From: a virus
Strand: one strand, 5' to 3'
DNA length: 64,000 nt
IMG/VR virus record: IMGVR_UViG_3300042691_022450
Shown piece after piece: positions 61,501 through 64,000 of this stretch; within the stretch, counting starts at the first letter, position 1; each line of letters opens with the position of its first letter. The notes beneath the pieces are model-generated. The model was not told the DNA's origin. It searched no databases and saw only the letters and a program-made list of their open reading frames with translations. The position numbers and the translations under genes are program-made.

Positions 61501-63951
61501 GCAGATTCCAATTTTAGTAAAGAAATAGAAACATTCAAATATCTTAATTATGACACTAATAGAGTCAAAGAATTGAATACCAAGTTGTCTTTGCCAACTG
61601 AAATCTATTATAATTTAATTTCACTTTCTAAAAATGAAGATGAAAAAAATCAATTGTCTTCAGATAAAGAAGTAAATGGATTCAATAAAATTAAAATAAT
61701 CCCAAATAATATTAACACTTACCATTCTATAATAAAAACAGGAAATTCGCAGTTTAAATTTAATTTAAACGTTATTCCAGAACCACTCACATTTATTTCT
61801 GGATTATCAACATCATACTATGATACTGATTCAAAAAATGTTGTTGGTCCAATATCAAATCTTAGAGTTAATTTTGGAGGAAGAGGATATAAGAAAATTC
61901 CAAAAATTTCTTCAATTACTACAACATCAGGAAAAGGTGCAGCATTAGAAGCAAAATCTTCTACTATTGGAAAAATAGAAAATTTAGAAAGAGTAAAAGA
62001 TGGATTTGATTATCCAAGTGATACTACACTAAAACCTTTTTTAAGTGTTCCTGCTGTTGCTCAAATAGGAGATATTTCAAGAATAGAATATGTTGGTATT
62101 ATAACTGGAGGAAATGGATATAATACTGCACCTACTTTAAAAGTTTTGGGGAATAATAAAATTAAATTATCGGCCAAATTGCAAAGTGGTAGTGTAATTG
62201 GTGTTGATATTGTTGAGAATACTAATGATTTGATAACTCCATTGAGAATTGTACCTATAAGAAATTCCAATGGTTATGAAATTGATAGTGTTGTTGCCTC
62301 CAATGATGGTTCTACTGTAACTTTAGAACTTCTTAATAATTCAGAATTATTTCCACTAATTACAACTGGTTATGGAACAACTGATGTTGTATTTCCATTT
62401 ACTGAAGGTGATGAAATTTTCATAGAAAACTGCAGGCAAGTGGATAGAACTAAAGATAATATAAACTCCAAAGATTATAGTTATAGATTTTTTACGGTAA
62501 CTTCAGTGAGTTCTCAAAATTTTACTGTCACTTTTAGTATGACTGGTGTTAAAGATTCATTGAATTTAAATCAAAATAATGGAGAATCAAATTATGAAAA
62601 TGGATTTGGATATGGTTATGTAGTGAATAAAAAAGATATGGCCGTGTTTGAAATGAATTTGGTTGATGATTTGAGTTATATTTCTGGAGAAAATGTTTTT
62701 GGATATGATAATAGAGGAAATTCAGTATTTTCTGCAAAAGTTGCAGAAAATGGTTGGGATAATGAAATTAACCAATTGAGAATGGTAGATGCAAAAGGAG
62801 AACTAGAAGTTGGAAATAAATTAAAAGGTGAAAAATCACTACTAAATGGAACAGTAAAAGACGTAAATAAATTTAATTTAAAAGCAAATCTAGGTGTCTC
62901 AAGAGATAAAGTAAATGAAAGCAAAAATCAAAGTGGATTTTTGAATGATTATTTACAAAGACTCTCAGATAATTTTTATTATCAAAGATTTTCTTATGCA
63001 ATTAAGAGTCAGATTTCTTATGATAAGTGGAAAGAACCAATCAAATCTCTAATTCATCCATCAGGATTTAAAGAATTTTCCGATTTAGATATTGTGAGTA
63101 TTCCATCTTCAAATGTAAAAGTTGGAATTAGTAGTAATGATTTAAATCTTAGTGTTTTGATGGATAATATCCAGTCACTTTACACTAAAAATAATTTTAC
63201 ATTAGTTTCAGAAGATGATGATAATTTATTTGAAGATGGATCAATTGAAAGAATTAATGTAGGTGCAGAAGAAGGAAATATTGCTGGAGTTGGAACTTTT
63301 GGTCCTATCTTTGGGGTTCCCCTCAAAGAGTATATTTTAAATAAAACAAATAAAGTTTTATTGATGAATGACATCAGTGATCAGTTTGATGGGTCAAATG
63401 ATTACATTTCAATAGGAATTACCACAGCAACATTTAATGCTCTAAATCAATATTATGTTGGAATTTCCACAGAAAATTTAAAAATAGGTGATTATATTGG
63501 AAATTCTGAATTTTTAATTCCAGAGGCAACATTAGTTGATGAAATTGGAATTAACAGTATCAGAATAAATTTACCTCATCGTTTGCAAGTGGGAATTGAT
63601 ACGACTGATGTATCAATTAGAAGAAAATTACCTGGAAATAAAGTCGTAGGTAAAACATCATTTGAACTCACATCTGGAATTAGTTCGGAAAAAGTACCAT
63701 TATATTATCGTGAATTCAATTCTAATTCTTCCCAAATTTTGAATTTAGATAATAATATAATCAATCTAAAGAGTCATAATTTCCAAACTGGTCAAAAAAT
63801 ATTTTACAACAGATCTATTATTGATTCCCAACCAGTTGGATCTGCAACAACTGAAGTTGATAATGCATTTTCATATAATGTTTCTAATAAATTTGATTCA
63901 AATACAATTATGAGACTTGATATGACTATATTCAAGTTTGATTCAAATTAA
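55561..63951 (+). CDS. gp7: Large baseplate wedge initiator (gp7-like) structural protein, 2796 aa
   Basis: Follows gp6; IESQIPEF, KDFYTTKGT..SF, GWAYDGNPIFGPYG, GDLDEYNG, DNFYYQRFSY..HPSG motifs. Confidence 0.8.
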   Translation: MSEVKRVKIQSFIESQIPEFLNSESPLFKEFLEQYYISQEHQTGVTDLTVNLQNYKSIDNFNNETFYSTVGICTLTSDVVSFDDTILVNHTIGFPQKYGLLKIDNEIITYTGITTNSFTGCIRGFCGLDKDNTNDLFKFSSTDTSDHTKNSQVINLNILFFQELFKKFKTQFLPGFEDRQFATGINLQTILSRAKDFYTTKGTDTSFKILFSVLFNESISVIKPQDYLISPSSNDYLITKNILVEQIIRDSTFKVSDSTLRKELKGKTIFQSTLDNKTASASIYNVEYRPINSGDFIYNSVGFDETAQKNYITKDFYEISLDRTSFILNFESTKKTKVLENTFKNSTSILVDSTIGFKKSGTLLIKPKNLSNPIVLTYTDKTINEFLNVSGLTIDLDYGAEIIEENFLYTYLDDGSKIEFRLINIINDIDYKETSNLRVNDKIQLFSFGIDLNDRIEFNQWIYNVPTTHLIKSVDTGRIYLYENINLSIGDQVVLSNPDLVDVQNVTVSIEGFGFNAFGHFIDTKGPNASTFKKTHLTKIINKVSSDQNYFPNVSIFPSSIQNTYIDYNSENFYVASSGLPNYEIYATDRKTFVSANVSTGSTTILNCSNHNLFTGEKIYYIQKSGNVGIRTSAYFVTKVNDNQVKLSYSNSDLFSKTYVPIKNNVDGDYFVKFDFQNKSLGNQKLFKKFNLVKKLNKFFTDNDKSTIDKATGILINGVEIFSPTLYDENIYYGKINSVIVESSGKDYDVINFSGLEVDDIYGTGASVEANLSGSLDKVILLNPGIGYPRKPKITLVGGNGSGAVLESNLVKTKIVSKFNPSSAISIGSSTIQFLTNHNFDDGEEVSYINDSNGNVSPLINNSNYFVGIVSATQLKLYKTKENALGKNSPITFTGIGSGIHSLKTLNSKNTITKIYVKEKGKNYSNRSVKIPSDLSSNNQNNGINTFDDYIFAKEHNFKNEDVVIYSTSGTSISGLSTQTNYYVTVIDSNRFKLSVFGSSENQRINYDNKKYVRFSSVGVGTHIFSYPPIQIEIEHVSGIATSPSAEPIVLGSIENVFITNDGKNYGSPDTLNYHRKPRVGIFSILSECILKPVLLNGSIVDVQILNSGRGYGKDIDIKIFGKGKYAELYPIVTNGKITSINILNSGIGYDEKTTLLIQRRGLGARFSANIFEWKINQVEKNKKIISPNDGGLIVPSKNNETTLEFIHFYPPKNLRFKVNNFIDKDNNEILPDNNQNPYKILGWAYDGNPIFGPYGKVNGESKLLQSSYKLKNSGEIGISISNQLRPNFGSGFFVQDYLYDRGTGDLDEYNGMFINDKNLPNINYGYFSTISNDEKEPQYPYTVPLNFKDLPIEENFNPLFNQDFNFESLDIVRNIGPYYLNSSNSSYDLIDKIDSKYKQEFIVKDISSSGITSISIFEPGDNYKVGELIKFDSKSSGGNSVSAEISRIKGKNVSNVQVGILTFTDVNFITKGVSIKGITNQPHNLISDDEIIISNLSSSEFNHLEGTKKIYVFQNSAGLVENLESQSVTGVTTYVKVTDVSGFEVDNFIGIGTEVLKIINISSTESKLYVNRFDNYSGIHSVGFATVTLLPNTFTFSTQKYEDDIVENKTVYFNPSNTIGIGTTGSIYYNIVGFQTAFGTLNATGLSTVGVNTTLLEIGDYVFGTNIQNNTTITSIGIGSITITPDHTLGGGISTNLLTFSRKIYDKTVPSRSIYIPSHKFYTGQSITYNVGLVGNGIVVSETGTGTTFRLANNQTVYTVNLGKDYVGLSTLGFTTSTGIGTTQNSLYFRSPIENIGLAHSLTTQYEKIKGKVNNYSVVVSTSQTHGLQTGDNIKFNFEQSNTNTIKLRYDKVIRKITTELIDFDPLSGINTLTNEINIPGNNLKTGDKIVYYTNDQTSVGGLSTNAVYYVLKQNPDKIKLSSYQYDANVGIAITLTSVGAGLTHNFALVNPPINILNGNIISFDLTDGSLSNMDLRLYADSNFSKEIETFKYLNYDTNRVKELNTKLSLPTEIYYNLISLSKNEDEKNQLSSDKEVNGFNKIKIIPNNINTYHSIIKTGNSQFKFNLNVIPEPLTFISGLSTSYYDTDSKNVVGPISNLRVNFGGRGYKKIPKISSITTTSGKGAALEAKSSTIGKIENLERVKDGFDYPSDTTLKPFLSVPAVAQIGDISRIEYVGIITGGNGYNTAPTLKVLGNNKIKLSAKLQSGSVIGVDIVENTNDLITPLRIVPIRNSNGYEIDSVVASNDGSTVTLELLNNSELFPLITTGYGTTDVVFPFTEGDEIFIENCRQVDRTKDNINSKDYSYRFFTVTSVSSQNFTVTFSMTGVKDSLNLNQNNGESNYENGFGYGYVVNKKDMAVFEMNLVDDLSYISGENVFGYDNRGNSVFSAKVAENGWDNEINQLRMVDAKGELEVGNKLKGEKSLLNGTVKDVNKFNLKANLGVSRDKVNESKNQSGFLNDYLQRLSDNFYYQRFSYAIKSQISYDKWKEPIKSLIHPSGFKEFSDLDIVSIPSSNVKVGISSNDLNLSVLMDNIQSLYTKNNFTLVSEDDDNLFEDGSIERINVGAEEGNIAGVGTFGPIFGVPLKEYILNKTNKVLLMNDISDQFDGSNDYISIGITTATFNALNQYYVGISTENLKIGDYIGNSEFLIPEATLVDEIGINSIRINLPHRLQVGIDTTDVSIRRKLPGNKVVGKTSFELTSGISSEKVPLYYREFNSNSSQILNLDNNIINLKSHNFQTGQKIFYNRSIIDSQPVGSATTEVDNAFSYNVSNKFDSNTIMRLDMTIFKFDSN

Positions 63952-63983
63952 ACCATAAATAATCAAAAGAAACACATTACCTA

Positions 63984-64000
63984 ATGGCAAGACTAGGGAT
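63984..64000 (+). CDS. Start of next structural gene (partial)
   Basis: TAAATA late promoter at about 63956 then ATG GCA AGA CTA GGG. Confidence 0.5.

Noticed and set aside
281-63374. Minus-strand ORFs including 8292..9272 and 31542..32276
   Set aside because: Antisense shadows of + strand genes with no motifs; all promoters and RBSs seen point to the + strand
55561-63951. Intein or frameshift explaining the 2796-aa ORF
   Set aside because: No intein splice or LAGLIDADG motifs noticed; length is explained by repeated beta-rich structural domains

Overview
A 64-kb segment of a large AT-rich T4-like cyanophage (myovirus) genome; essentially all real genes are on the + strand. The cyanophage assignment rests on gp25/gp6/gp7-type baseplate genes, TAAATA late promoters, a cyanobacterial-type permuted tmRNA, a trnL group I intron, a CAAD/CurT-like gene and speD. 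Layout: (i) 0.7-7.7 kb is a translation-support island with about 27 tRNAs, a group I intron in tRNA-Leu(UAA), a Dam-family MTase with a candidate PD-(D/E)xK partner, an HNH gene and a two-piece tmRNA whose tag lacks the terminal Ala-Ala. (ii) 7.8-10.3 kb holds a Ro60/TROVE-like (DUF2828-type, vWA) gene flanked by 11 small structured RNA modules sharing a short helix plus CAGCA(A) motif; four are grafted into tRNA bodies, and an RNA ligase lies nearby. This is the best candidate for an undescribed RNP system. (iii) 10.3-49 kb is a hyperplastic region of over 100 small ORFs in cassettes headed by a repeated GTGCCA-N10-TGGCAC palindrome plus -10 promoter, with three GIY-YIG and two HNH nuclease genes and a tRNA-Arg. 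(iv) 49.2-50.4 kb is non-coding with clustered TTTTCCACA DnaA-like boxes and ~100-bp repeats (candidate origin). (v) 50.9-64 kb contains conserved cyanophage genes and the baseplate module. A second strong candidate is a 32-codon leader using 19 of 20 amino acids with complete 1:2/2:3/3:4 attenuator pairings directly upstream of the tRNA array. All calls are by eye; no searches or folding programs were run.
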